From assembly GCA_002862745.1 (NCBI GenBank), contig PKDX01000049.1, positions 36,810 to 100,809 on the forward strand: a stretch of 64,000 bases of DNA, in the 5' to 3' direction. The translations under genes and the position numbers were made by a program. This document shows positions 20,828 to 29,937 of the stretch, piece after piece (positions within the stretch are counted from its first letter, which is position 1; every line of letters begins with the position of its first letter). The stretch is from Bacteroidota bacterium (GTDB lineage: Bacteria; Bacteroidota; Bacteroidia; Chitinophagales; UBA8649). The notes beneath the pieces were generated by a model, which did no database searches, was not told the DNA's origin, and worked only from the letters and a program-made list of their open reading frames with translations.

Positions 20828-20988
20828 GAGAGTTCCTTCCTTCCCATCCACTTTTTTGTCCCGTTAACTATCTGGAAAACAGCAGGTTAGGAAATATTTA
20901 ATTTTTTTTCATGGAATAATGAATCCCTTTTGACGGATCTGCCGTAAAAGTATGCATAGCTTATTTTTTAACCTTTAAATTTTTATCC

Positions 20989-22218
20989 ATGAAAAAGCTA
21001 GCCATATTCTCTATTGCAACCCTTTTTGCAGGGTCAACAGTATTCGCTCAAAGTGAGTGGTATTCTCACAAAATGGACGTCTCTGTCCAAGGTAACGGTT
21101 ACGCCGATTTAACAACATTGTACTACAGTGACGATGCTACTGCAGCATTTGACGCTTTGTATGATGCGTACAAGTTTCCTTCTGCTCCAGGTCAACCAAC
21201 TCTCTATACTGAGATCTATGATGTGATGCAGTCGCTTAACGGTCGTAACGTCTCTCAGTTAGGTCAAACGATTCCTTTAGGTCTTGTTCCTGGTGCTGAT
21301 GGTGTGTTCACCTTAGCCTTTGACCACGAGTCGTTCCCAGCAGGTTCGATTATGTTCCTTGAAGACAAAGTGTCTAACGAGTGGACTGATTTGAACTCAT
21401 CTCCTAACTACACATTCTCAATGAATGCTGGAGATAACCCAGATCGTTTCTTAATCCACGTTACTCCTGGTATTACAGTAAGCGGTACGGATGGTGACTG
21501 TTCTTCTTCTTCAATGATCTCTATGGATATCCCTTCATATGTCCTTAATGGTCAGCAAGTAACTTGGGATTACTCTATCTCAAATGATAACGGTCAAGTT
21601 GTTACAGGTTCAAGTACTGCTTCTACTGACGTAACTGTTGGTCTTGATGGTGCGCAAAACGTTACTCTTCAATTCCTTGACTATACAGTGAATGCTTCTA
21701 TCGATCTTAGCCAAGCTGCTACTCCTTCTATCAACCTTCCTGCTGACCTTGAAGTTGAAGCGGGTGAGTCGTTCACAATCGATGCAAACATTACTGAAGG
21801 TGATATCATCGAATTCTACATCGATGGACAGTTAGTTTCTTCTAACGGTGCTTCGTTCTCAGGTTCTCTTGAGGCTGGTGACTACACTGTAGAAGTTCGT
21901 GCAATCAGCGCTGAAGGATGTGAGTCTTCTGAAACAATGACGATCAAGGTGAACGAGGGCGTTACTTCGATCAATGACTTCGCAGCTGGTGAAGTATCTA
22001 TCTTCTCTAAAGGAAGCAACGTTGAAGTTCGCTTAAGCGAAGCGCTTGCTGATGCTAACATCGCGATGTACAGCATGACAGGTCAAATGGTTGCTAACGA
22101 AACTGCAGCTGGTTCAGTGCACACCTTAAGCACTAAAAGCTTGAACAACGGTATCTACATCGTTGTCGTAAGCAACAATGACGGGATGATGAGCCAACAG
22201 GTGGCTATCGCAAAATAA
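20989..22218 (+). CDS. secreted protein with T9SS C-terminal sorting domain (function unknown)
   Basis: Signal peptide MKKLAIFSIATLFAGSTVFAQ. C-terminal block of about 80 aa (VSIFSKGSNVEVRL...MYSMTGQMV...LNNGIYIVVVSNNDGMMSQQVAIAK) matches the Por secretion tail pattern. Codon choice (ggt, gct, tct, cgt, gtt) looks like a highly expressed gene. Confidence 0.75.
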   Translation: MKKLAIFSIATLFAGSTVFAQSEWYSHKMDVSVQGNGYADLTTLYYSDDATAAFDALYDAYKFPSAPGQPTLYTEIYDVMQSLNGRNVSQLGQTIPLGLVPGADGVFTLAFDHESFPAGSIMFLEDKVSNEWTDLNSSPNYTFSMNAGDNPDRFLIHVTPGITVSGTDGDCSSSSMISMDIPSYVLNGQQVTWDYSISNDNGQVVTGSSTASTDVTVGLDGAQNVTLQFLDYTVNASIDLSQAATPSINLPADLEVEAGESFTIDANITEGDIIEFYIDGQLVSSNGASFSGSLEAGDYTVEVRAISAEGCESSETMTIKVNEGVTSINDFAAGEVSIFSKGSNVEVRLSEALADANIAMYSMTGQMVANETAAGSVHTLSTKSLNNGIYIVVVSNNDGMMSQQVAIAK

Positions 22219-22249
22219 GGTCTAACCAACGTAAATGGTTTTCATGGAA

Positions 22250-22281
22250 GGGAGCACTTAGGTGCTCCCTTTCTTATTTTT
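22250..22281 (+). terminator. rho-independent terminator after the T9SS cargo gene
   Basis: Perfect 8-bp GC-rich stem GGGAGCAC (22250-22257) / GTGCTCCC (22262-22269), 4-nt loop TTAG, followed by TTTCTTATTTTT. Confidence 0.75.
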
Positions 22282-22286
22282 GTGAT

Positions 22287-22808
22287 ATGCAAAGCGCAAT
22301 TCCAACGCTTAAGACCATTGGTAAAGTGGGAAGACCTCATGGCTATAAAGGAAATCTTCGGATTTTCCTTGACTATGACCTCGTTATTGATAGCCCCTCC
22401 TGGATCTGGTTGGACTTTGGCTATGACTATATTCCCTTTACCATTGAAGAGGTAATACGCCAACAAGGCCGAGATTGGGTAATTAAGCTCGAAAATTGCT
22501 CAAGCGAAGAGGAGGTCAAACCCTATGTGAATGCTTCCTTAGCAATCAGTGAAGAAGATTTCAATCATCTCCTGCCAGCATCGGAAAACATCGAATCATG
22601 GATAGGATGGAATGCCGTGGATGCCGATGGAGAGCCTATTGGTGTCGTTCATAGTATTGATCAAAGCACAGCTAATGGCATAATAGAAATACAACATATA
22701 TCAGGCACCATGATTATTGTGCCCCATACTCATCATGTTGTTCTACTCGCCGAAAATGGTCAACTGACCCTGTCACTGCCTGATGGCTTGTTAGATGTGT
22801 ATCTTTGA
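22287..22808 (+). CDS. rimM: 16S rRNA processing protein RimM
   Basis: IGKVGRPHGYKGNLRIF N-terminal PRC-barrel/RimM signature, 173 aa, directly upstream of trmD. Confidence 0.8.
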   Translation: MQSAIPTLKTIGKVGRPHGYKGNLRIFLDYDLVIDSPSWIWLDFGYDYIPFTIEEVIRQQGRDWVIKLENCSSEEEVKPYVNASLAISEEDFNHLLPASENIESWIGWNAVDADGEPIGVVHSIDQSTANGIIEIQHISGTMIIVPHTHHVVLLAENGQLTLSLPDGLLDVYL

Positions 22809-22814
22809 AATCTT

Positions 22815-23492
22815 ATGTTGCGCATAGATATCTTATCAGCAGTACCTAATCTTCTTGATAGTCCTTTTAACCATTCCATCTTAAAACGAGCTCAAGAACG
22901 GGAGTTACTCGGCGTGCATGTTCATGATATACACGCTTTTGGTTTAGGAAAACACAAACAAATCGATGATTATGCCTATGGCGGAGGCGCGGGTATGGTC
23001 ATGATGTGCGAACCACTTGCTCAGGCAATTGAATCTATTCCCAATTGGGAAAAAGCTGATGACATCATCTACTTAGCTCCCGATGGTGAAACTTGGAATC
23101 AAGGCACTGCCAATCAGCTATCGCTTGCCACCCATCTTATTCTAATTTGTGGTCATTATAAAGGAATTGATGAACGCATAAGAACTACCTATGTTACAAG
23201 AGAAGTATCCATTGGAGACTATGTGCTCTCGGGAGGTGAACTTGGAGCAGCTATTCTTGTAGATAGCATAGGCCGGCTAATTCCAGGCGTGTTAAACAAT
23301 GAAAGCTCTGCATTGACCGATTCGTTTCAAGATGGACTTTTAGCACCTCCTGTATACACTCGACCCGAAACCTGGAGAGACCAAACAGTTCCTGAGATTT
23401 TGCGTTCAGGTAATGCCTCAAAAATTCAAGATTGGAAAGATGAACAACGCGAAAAACGAACCCAGGAACGCCGTCCCGATCTCCTTGAATAG
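22815..23492 (+). CDS. trmD: tRNA (guanine37-N1)-methyltransferase
   Basis: MLRIDILSAVPNLL, DDYAYGGGAGMVM, CGHYKGIDERI, SIGDYVLSGGE (SPOUT knot). 225 aa. Confidence 0.9.
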   Translation: MLRIDILSAVPNLLDSPFNHSILKRAQERELLGVHVHDIHAFGLGKHKQIDDYAYGGGAGMVMMCEPLAQAIESIPNWEKADDIIYLAPDGETWNQGTANQLSLATHLILICGHYKGIDERIRTTYVTREVSIGDYVLSGGELGAAILVDSIGRLIPGVLNNESSALTDSFQDGLLAPPVYTRPETWRDQTVPEILRSGNASKIQDWKDEQREKRTQERRPDLLE

Positions 23493-23542
23493 ATTGATTC
23501 CCTTCTTTTTTAGAAAATCTTCGAGAATTCAAGGGATTCCAC

Positions 23543-23550
23543 TATCTTTG
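23543..23550 (+). promoter_or_regulatory. candidate -7 promoter box (TATCTTTG) upstream of rplS
   Basis: Exact TAnnTTTG match 50 nt upstream of the rplS ATG. No good TTTG -33 element at the expected distance. Confidence 0.3.
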
Positions 23551-23600
23551 GCGTCCGATTAAACCTCGGTAAACTTTATTAATCGTTTAGAATAGACATC

Positions 23601-23954
23601 ATGGACGCAAGAATTGCTAAAGTACAAGAAGCTGCAGCGAGTGAATTCAACCACCCTGAGTTTAAGGCAGGAGATACTGTATCTGTTGACTACAAAATTA
23701 AGGAAGGAGAAAAGGAAAGAATCCAGACCTACAAAGGTGTTGTGATCAATGTTCGTGGAGAAGGGACAGACAAAATGTTTACTGTACGTAAAATGTCCGG
23801 TGGTATCGGCGTAGAGCGTGTTTTCCCTCTTTATTCTCCCTTCGTAGATAAAATTGAAGTGACTAAACGTGGCAAAGTACGTCGTGCCAAGTTATTCTAC
23901 CTACGAGGTCTTCAAGGTAATGCAGCGCGTATTAAAGAGAAAGTCACTCGATAG
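23601..23954 (+). CDS. rplS: 50S ribosomal protein L19
   Basis: [29 protein letters not shown]...[18 protein letters not shown]...[10 protein letters not shown] is unmistakably L19. 117 aa. Confidence 0.95.
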   Translation: MDARIAKVQEAAASEFNHPEFKAGDTVSVDYKIKEGEKERIQTYKGVVINVRGEGTDKMFTVRKMSGGIGVERVFPLYSPFVDKIEVTKRGKVRRAKLFYLRGLQGNAARIKEKVTR

Positions 23955-24008
23955 ACTTTTTACGATTCTTTTTTCGCAACAACGTTGCATATATAGTATC
24001 TTTCAGAG

Positions 24009-24425
24009 ATGATTAGCAATAGACAACTCCAGCTCTTCAATCTTTCATGGATATTAAGTATTCTATGTTTGATACACTGTATGACTTTGCCTTTAATTTC
24101 AATCTTTCTTCCCTTAATCAAGGTCAGTCATGAACTAAATGAAGTTATATCAAAGGTGTTTCTAGGTTTAGTAATCATCTTGAGTTTCAACCTTGTGATT
24201 AGAAACAGGATATTATGGAAAAGTCATAAAGGTTGGATTACCCTGCTAACCCTAGGTATACTCGGAATGTTTCTTAGCCACCCTCTTGCGCATTTTTTAG
24301 GATTAGAAGATCATGCAATCACCACTATTCTTATTACTGAGGTCCCTTTTTCAATTGCCTTGGTCACTGGACAATTAGTCCTACTTAGGGCAGCAAGAAA
24401 CTGTTATTGCTGTGGGAACAGTTAG
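24009..24425 (+). CDS. MerC-like membrane protein
   Basis: 138 aa, 4 predicted TM helices. First helix carries LCLIHCMTLP (the CxxHCxxxP pattern of MerC-domain proteins). C-terminal cysteine cluster NCYCCGNS. Confidence 0.5.
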   Translation: MISNRQLQLFNLSWILSILCLIHCMTLPLISIFLPLIKVSHELNEVISKVFLGLVIILSFNLVIRNRILWKSHKGWITLLTLGILGMFLSHPLAHFLGLEDHAITTILITEVPFSIALVTGQLVLLRAARNCYCCGNS

Positions 24426-24530
24426 ATAGTAAAACGGTTATTCTTCTGTTAGAGAAGAAGCAAGAGAAAATTTATTTACCTATTTCTCCACTACTTTGCC
24501 GCCAAACAGCCCCGTGAACATTATTATCGG

Positions 24531-25934
24531 TTACGGGAAGATACCCATACCCTGGTAGGCCACTCCAACTTTAGTTATCGCCAAGGTGAATGCTGCTGTA
24601 CGGAGATCCGTCTTCGTTCGCTTTTGCGTCTCCTTAATCGCGTGATAGGCCTCAATCATGGTATCTTCTAACCCAGAGTTTACCAAATCCGTCTCATTGG
24701 AACCACGAATCATGGCTTTCTTTTCTCGAGCACCTACTGATTTACCCGTCATATCCTCAACCATCTCAATATAATTGATCTGCGTATTTTCTTCAAAACG
24801 CTTTTTCATTCGACCAAAGCGCACATGCGATAGATTCTTAAGCCATTCAAAGTAAGAAACAGTTACACCCCCTGCATTTGCATAGATATCCGGAAGAATT
24901 AAAATGTTTTTCTTGAGTAAAATATCTTGCCCTTCGCGCGTAATTGGACCATTGGCCGCCTCGGCAATAATTTTTGCCTTAACCTTTTTAGCATTGGACT
25001 TATTAATCTGATTTTCTAGTGCAGCTGGAATCAGAATATCGACATCCATATACAAGATGTCATTTCGTTCTTTGAGCACGCTTGCCCCAGGATATTCTAG
25101 CAATGACCCATTGGCTTGACGAAACTTATAGACCTTCTCGACGTCAAATCCTTCTGCACAATAGATTGATCCTTCACGCTCTGCGATACCTACTACTTTA
25201 CTTCCGTATTCTTGAATGATTCGAGCTGCATGATATCCTACATTTCCAAGCCCCTGAACAGCCACTGTTTTCCCCTCGAGACCAACCTCAAGGCCAAGAG
25301 CTTCCATGTCCTTTTTGTAGCTACAGGCAACATTAAGTGCATACACTACTCCACGCCCCGTGGCTTCTGTTCGTCCTCGGATTCCGTAGAGATGCACCGG
25401 CTTTCCTGTAACACATCCATATCCATCCACCTCACCGGGTTTCAAGGTCGTATATGTATCGAGTATCCAAGCCATCTCTCGCTCACCTGATCCGTAATCA
25501 GGAGCAGGCACATCCAAGCCAGGGCCAATGAAATTTTTCTTGACTAGCTCCGTCGTATACCGACGCGTTATCTTTTCCATCATAGCTGGTGAAGTCTTGG
25601 AGGGACTTACCTTGATTCCTCCTTTTGCTCCACCAAATGGAACATCGACAATGGCACACTTATAGGTCATTAAGGCGGCCAACGCTTTTACCTCATCCTG
25701 ATTAACAGCAGTTGAGAAACGAATGCCTCCTTTTGTTGGGAGTCGATGATGGCTATGTTGAACCCGATAGGCTTCAATTACATGTACTTCATTTCCCATC
25801 TTAACAGGAAACTTCATGCGATAAACACTATTGCACTGACGTATTTGGTCAAGTATTCCCTTTTGGAATCGGGTATACTTTGACGCCTGGTCAACATAAT
25901 GTTCCACATCTTGATAAAAGCTATAATTCGACAT
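24531..25934 (-). CDS. gdh: Glu/Leu/Phe/Val dehydrogenase family protein (probable glutamate dehydrogenase)
   Basis: Catalytic-Lys block VPFGGAKGGIKV, Rossmann loop VQGLGNVGYH, and GGVTVSYFEW near the C-terminus. 467 aa. Confidence 0.85.
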   Translation of the reverse strand: MSNYSFYQDVEHYVDQASKYTRFQKGILDQIRQCNSVYRMKFPVKMGNEVHVIEAYRVQHSHHRLPTKGGIRFSTAVNQDEVKALAALMTYKCAIVDVPFGGAKGGIKVSPSKTSPAMMEKITRRYTTELVKKNFIGPGLDVPAPDYGSGEREMAWILDTYTTLKPGEVDGYGCVTGKPVHLYGIRGRTEATGRGVVYALNVACSYKKDMEALGLEVGLEGKTVAVQGLGNVGYHAARIIQEYGSKVVGIAEREGSIYCAEGFDVEKVYKFRQANGSLLEYPGASVLKERNDILYMDVDILIPAALENQINKSNAKKVKAKIIAEAANGPITREGQDILLKKNILILPDIYANAGGVTVSYFEWLKNLSHVRFGRMKKRFEENTQINYIEMVEDMTGKSVGAREKKAMIRGSNETDLVNSGLEDTMIEAYHAIKETQKRTKTDLRTAAFTLAITKVGVAYQGMGIFP

Positions 25935-26031
25935 AGTTTATGTTTTTATGACTTCGTGAAGGTAAGCAGGAAAAAGCCCTAATTGTTAAAATATTTTAAA
26001 AAAATGAATGCGCTTAATGGCTTAAAGAAGA

Positions 26032-26199
26032 TTATTTCTCGAGCTTGCGCAATCGCCTCTCCAGATAAACAAGCACCCCTCCTAAACCGAGGAATACGAT
26101 AAGAAGCACAATGATTACTACAGGATACTTTCCATCACCCCTAGGATTAAAAAAGGCCACCTTACTGAGTAGAGTCAACAGCTGCATTAAAATTGTCAT
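26032..26199 (-). CDS. ccmD: CcmD-family small membrane protein (55 aa, below the ORF-track cutoff)
   Basis: My own translation of the minus strand: MTILMQLLTLLSKVAFFNPRGDGKYPVVIIVLLIVFLGLGGVLVYLERRLRKLEK*. ATG at 26199 is 7 nt after the ccmC-like stop. A single TM followed by the R/K..KLEK tail resembles Bacteroidota CcmD-family proteins (from memory). Confidence 0.55.
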   Translation of the reverse strand: MTILMQLLTLLSKVAFFNPRGDGKYPVVIIVLLIVFLGLGGVLVYLERRLRKLEK

Positions 26200-26206
26200 T
26201 ATTCTG

Positions 26207-27244
26207 CTAGTTTATATTATTTAAAGCATGCATCCTTCGGAGGATATCAAAGACCCAAAAACCAATGAAGGTCCACCCAATAACCGCAGGATAAAACACG
26301 CGGCGAAGCGCATCGTCTAAATCATACGATGAAAATGCTGGATTACCACCCTGACCTGGGTGTAAACTATCTACGCCTTGTAATCGCGGAAGAACAAAAA
26401 TAAACATGATATAGAGCACAAAAGCGATCACATTATATGCCGCACTGATACGGGCCCGCTTGCGGGGATTATCAATACTGTTTCTTAAAAGGAAATAGGC
26501 TAAGTACATCAACACCCCAAGGCCCGCTCCATTTAACTTCGCATCACTAACCCAGAATGCACCCCATGTATACTTCGCCCATACCATACCAGTAAGCAGC
26601 CCCAGAATGCCAAATCCAAGGCCAACCGCATTAGCTAAGGATGCCCAAACATCATGCTCAAGATTATTTCCAAGGATATATTTAATGGCATAGATAAATC
26701 CAAAAAGCAATAAACCAACCATACCAAACCACATGGTAACATGAAACATAAGGTTCCGAATGGTCTCATCTAAAATGCGGCGATTAGGAAAAACAAATCC
26801 TTCACTCCCTCTTGAAAAAGAGGATATATCCTCGCTAACCAAATCCTCAATCCGGTGAGCACCTTTAGAGGGAATTGCATTATCGGAGCCCACTAAACCC
26901 ATTGTCTCTGTGAAGGCAACCAAGTCGAGATAAGCCACATCCCCACTGCTATCGGAAAAATGAATGTTGCTAAGTAGAATGGTTAGGCTATCCGCTCCTT
27001 CAATGGAATAGTCTGTAATGGAATAGTATCCGTCAGGGCTATGAGCCCAAAGTTTAAGTGTTTTTTCTCCGAGAACAAAATCAGCATTGTGCGCCTTGAC
27101 AGAGAGCAAGGTATCGGTGTTATGTTCTATTAGGTTGACTTGTATTCCCGAACTCAAGGGAGTTGCCAAGGCCATAAAAATGGCATAGAATGTTAAGCAC
27201 AGCCCAAGAACTTTCCACCACCAATGTCGCAATAATCGATTCAA
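26207..27244 (-). CDS. CcmC/CcsA-family haem-handling membrane protein with N-terminal periplasmic extension
   Basis: Trp-rich WWD-type motif WAKYTWGAFWVSDAKLNG, flanking conserved His residues (MFHVTMWF; DSLHPG), and 6 C-terminal TM helices. Preceded by one TM and an extra soluble segment of about 130 aa. Confidence 0.7.
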   Translation of the reverse strand: MNRLLRHWWWKVLGLCLTFYAIFMALATPLSSGIQVNLIEHNTDTLLSVKAHNADFVLGEKTLKLWAHSPDGYYSITDYSIEGADSLTILLSNIHFSDSSGDVAYLDLVAFTETMGLVGSDNAIPSKGAHRIEDLVSEDISSFSRGSEGFVFPNRRILDETIRNLMFHVTMWFGMVGLLLFGFIYAIKYILGNNLEHDVWASLANAVGLGFGILGLLTGMVWAKYTWGAFWVSDAKLNGAGLGVLMYLAYFLLRNSIDNPRKRARISAAYNVIAFVLYIMFIFVLPRLQGVDSLHPGQGGNPAFSSYDLDDALRRVFYPAVIGWTFIGFWVFDILRRMHALNNIN

Positions 27245-27255
27245 ATTTTCCCGAG

Positions 27256-27936
27256 TTAATCACCCCAAATATAGGGAAAGAGCAATAAGCTTAAGCCAAG
27301 AATTAAACCATCAAAAATCAACAGAGAAGACAGGCTAGAAAGGCTAAAACCCTGCGCATACACAAGATCAATTGAGCTTAAGTTTTTAAGGATAAAGAGC
27401 AGGAGAGGAATGGCCAAAGGGAAACCAATCACTACCGCTAAAATCTGACTTTGACTGGTCTTAGAAGCCATTGATGCAATCAATGTAAACAGCGTAGTCA
27501 TTCCCATAATTCCACAAAACATTACAGCAAGCCAATGGACGGAAAGCATGTAACTGTATGCAAAAACTTGATGAAAAATCAAGGTGAGCAGCAGGGAATG
27601 AAAAAGCGTCGTGACAAGAGAAGACAATAATTTTCCTGTAAAATAAACCAAGGGGTGAAGCAAGGAATAATAGTACAAGTCCCTACCCGATGCATCTCGA
27701 AAAAAAGAAGACGAGGTAGAATTGACTATCGTAAAAATCATAACAAGCCAAAAAATTACATGAACCACCTGACTCGACACATCAGTATGCCCAAGAAGAA
27801 CCAGTCCTGCATACAATAAATAACTAGCGACCACGACAAACATGGTCTGAGCTGCCAGACCTTGTAAGTGTCTAAGTTCTGTCCTGAGCTCGTTGCCAAG
27901 AAAGACCCAATACCTAGAAATTTTACTACTCGTCAT
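27256..27936 (-). CDS. CcmB-like haem exporter permease
   Basis: 226 aa, 6 TM helices, gene order directly upstream of the ccmC-like and ccmD genes. Sequence motifs are not individually diagnostic. Confidence 0.5.
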   Translation of the reverse strand: MTSSKISRYWVFLGNELRTELRHLQGLAAQTMFVVVASYLLYAGLVLLGHTDVSSQVVHVIFWLVMIFTIVNSTSSSFFRDASGRDLYYYSLLHPLVYFTGKLLSSLVTTLFHSLLLTLIFHQVFAYSYMLSVHWLAVMFCGIMGMTTLFTLIASMASKTSQSQILAVVIGFPLAIPLLLFILKNLSSIDLVYAQGFSLSSLSSLLIFDGLILGLSLLLFPYIWGD

Positions 27937-28002
27937 GCTAATTTGACTTGTTCTGCGTTATGAAAGTACAAATCCATGAAACATCTATAATTTCGATGAC
28001 GT

Positions 28003-28010
28003 TATTTTTG
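28003..28010 (+). promoter_or_regulatory. candidate -7 promoter box (TATTTTTG) for the 633-aa secreted-protein gene
   Basis: Exact TAnnTTTG match 15 nt upstream of the ATG at 28026, implying a short leader. No clear -33 TTTG. Confidence 0.35.
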
Positions 28011-28025
28011 TATGAGGTTTAAAGC

Positions 28026-29927
28026 ATGACTAAGAACATTACACTCCTTCTTTTCTCTCTTTGTATTGGATGGGTACAACAATCGATTGGTCAAGATATA
28101 CCTGCCAATGATTCGTTCACCATTCGCTTTGATTATGGCGGATTAGACAGCCTTACCTTCCCAAACAAACAAGATATTCAGCGGATACATAATCATCTTG
28201 ATCAATTCTCGCGAGAAAATCCCGCATATTTTGTCGATCGCATCTATTTCACCATGCACGCCATACCTGAAGCCGTCAATAAACTTCGCTATGAGAATGC
28301 GTCCAATCGAATAACCAACGCAATCAACTATGATGTTAGAATCAATGCGGGGTTTGGGCAGGACTTTCGAAAGTTGGATAACACCCTGGATGTGGTGTTT
28401 GAATATGCACCAAGGGAATCTATTTCATACATAATGGATAAGCTGAAGCAAGTAGATGACATACGCTATTGGAATCCGACAGAAGATGGTCTCTTTCTCA
28501 CGGAACAGGGAGCGCTTATTTACCTACCCAAAAACTCAGCAGTTCTTCCTCCTGGTTTTACAGCAGGAAGTAAAATTGAGCTATTGATATCCGAGGGTGT
28601 CGAGCCTCAGCAACTTATCAGCAATGGCATGCATACCACCACAGATCAAGGAGCTTTTTCACCAGTGTATGTCAATCGTTTTTACGCTCGCTTCGATGGC
28701 AACGTTATTCAGCCTAAACGCGCCGATTCATGGTTAATCATAATGCCCGGAGAAGCTATGGCTGCAAGCTACAGGGCAACACCAGATACGCTCGCTCACT
28801 TTACCGCAGATCAAAATGTCTCTAAATTTTGGACGCAAAGTGTTCAAAATCCCATCATCCTTTCAGGTCTGCTACACCTTATCGAGAATGGAGACACATC
28901 TAACCTTCATCATCTCCGAGACATCATGGATGGCGATTCAAAAGCTTTTAGTGAGTTAACGGAACAACAATTCAATGACGTCATTACCAGCCAAGTAAGG
29001 GATATCGAAGCCCTTGAATCAAGCTATTCTTCAATCTTCTCAGATGCTGGGCTTCCTAGTTTTACCAAGGTATACAGCCTAGCAAAAGAGCTTTTCAGCC
29101 AATACAACCGACCCTACTCCAAAGAAAATGAAATTATCGGCCGCGTGCTTGACAAGACAACGAGCATAATCCCTCATCCGCTGGCGGTCGATCAAGCTTT
29201 ATATGAATTAGCTAGAAAATCTCTAGAGGTAAGTCTTGATGAGCTCAAGTCGAATCACAAGGAGTTATATAAGGCATGTAAAGAAGTATACAGCAATGAG
29301 GAGTTGGAGGAAAAACTAGCAACGCTCTATGAATCAGCCCTGATTTACAGAAGCATCAATTTACTTCAAAAGCAAGGCTTGTTCGAAGGCTGGCAAGTAA
29401 TGGCAAATTATCCCAAATTTATGAGGGGAAAAGCAGATATTTTAGGTGATGAAGGGCTGGGATTATTGATGGGGTGGCACAACCTCTATTTCCCTCAGGA
29501 AATCTACATGAATACAACAAGTAATCGTCGCGACAATCAAGATAGCCCGCGAAGCTTAAGAGAGCGACCGATGTATGCCCATGTACTCAATAACGGATGG
29601 AACGGCCTTGGAAGACCCATTGAGAGAAAAGAAAACCCGACCCTATCGGTAGACTTTCCCTGTGCAGACTATGGTAAAGTATTTTTCTATGCAAAAGAAA
29701 GTGGTGCGGTAATCATTCCGAGGAGCTTTAATACCTACCATAGCTTCACGCGAAGCCTCGATGTGAGCACTGAAGGACACATTATTGCCTTTTTTATGGC
29801 CAATAGCCGACCGGTCTTATCCATTACTGCTGCAGATTTCTACAATGAAACCTGGGCCAATTTTGACTTTACACACTTACCACCGCGCACGATGTATACT
29901 GAGCTTACCAAACTTGGTAAACCTTAG
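28026..29927 (+). CDS. hypothetical secreted protein (no recognisable domain)
   Basis: 633-aa ORF with signal peptide MTKNITLLLFSLCIGWVQQSIGQ. No motif recognised. Confidence 0.6.
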   Translation: MTKNITLLLFSLCIGWVQQSIGQDIPANDSFTIRFDYGGLDSLTFPNKQDIQRIHNHLDQFSRENPAYFVDRIYFTMHAIPEAVNKLRYENASNRITNAINYDVRINAGFGQDFRKLDNTLDVVFEYAPRESISYIMDKLKQVDDIRYWNPTEDGLFLTEQGALIYLPKNSAVLPPGFTAGSKIELLISEGVEPQQLISNGMHTTTDQGAFSPVYVNRFYARFDGNVIQPKRADSWLIIMPGEAMAASYRATPDTLAHFTADQNVSKFWTQSVQNPIILSGLLHLIENGDTSNLHHLRDIMDGDSKAFSELTEQQFNDVITSQVRDIEALESSYSSIFSDAGLPSFTKVYSLAKELFSQYNRPYSKENEIIGRVLDKTTSIIPHPLAVDQALYELARKSLEVSLDELKSNHKELYKACKEVYSNEELEEKLATLYESALIYRSINLLQKQGLFEGWQVMANYPKFMRGKADILGDEGLGLLMGWHNLYFPQEIYMNTTSNRRDNQDSPRSLRERPMYAHVLNNGWNGLGRPIERKENPTLSVDFPCADYGKVFFYAKESGAVIIPRSFNTYHSFTRSLDVSTEGHIIAFFMANSRPVLSITAADFYNETWANFDFTHLPPRTMYTELTKLGKP

Positions 29928-29937
29928 TGGCCAGGCC

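Noticed and set aside
22275-22282. TATTTTTG (exact TAnnTTTG) 4 nt upstream of the rimM ATG
   Set aside because: It is part of the terminator T-tract and too close to the start codon to serve as a -7 box for rimM. The conserved RimM N-terminus requires the ATG at 22287.
23493-23600. Possible ribosomal-protein L19 leader / autoregulatory RNA upstream of rplS
   Set aside because: The known L19 leader is a Firmicutes element. Here I find only a short imperfect stem (TCCCTT...AAGGGA) and a -7-like box, with no convincing conserved structure.
24441-24459. Hairpin TTCTTCT-gttag-AGAAGAA between the MerC-like gene and gdh, considered as a bidirectional terminator
   Set aside because: The stem is only 7 bp and A/T-rich, with no adjacent T-tract on either strand. 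The same applies to the weak hairpins at 19880-19907, 4510-4530 and 20927-20950.
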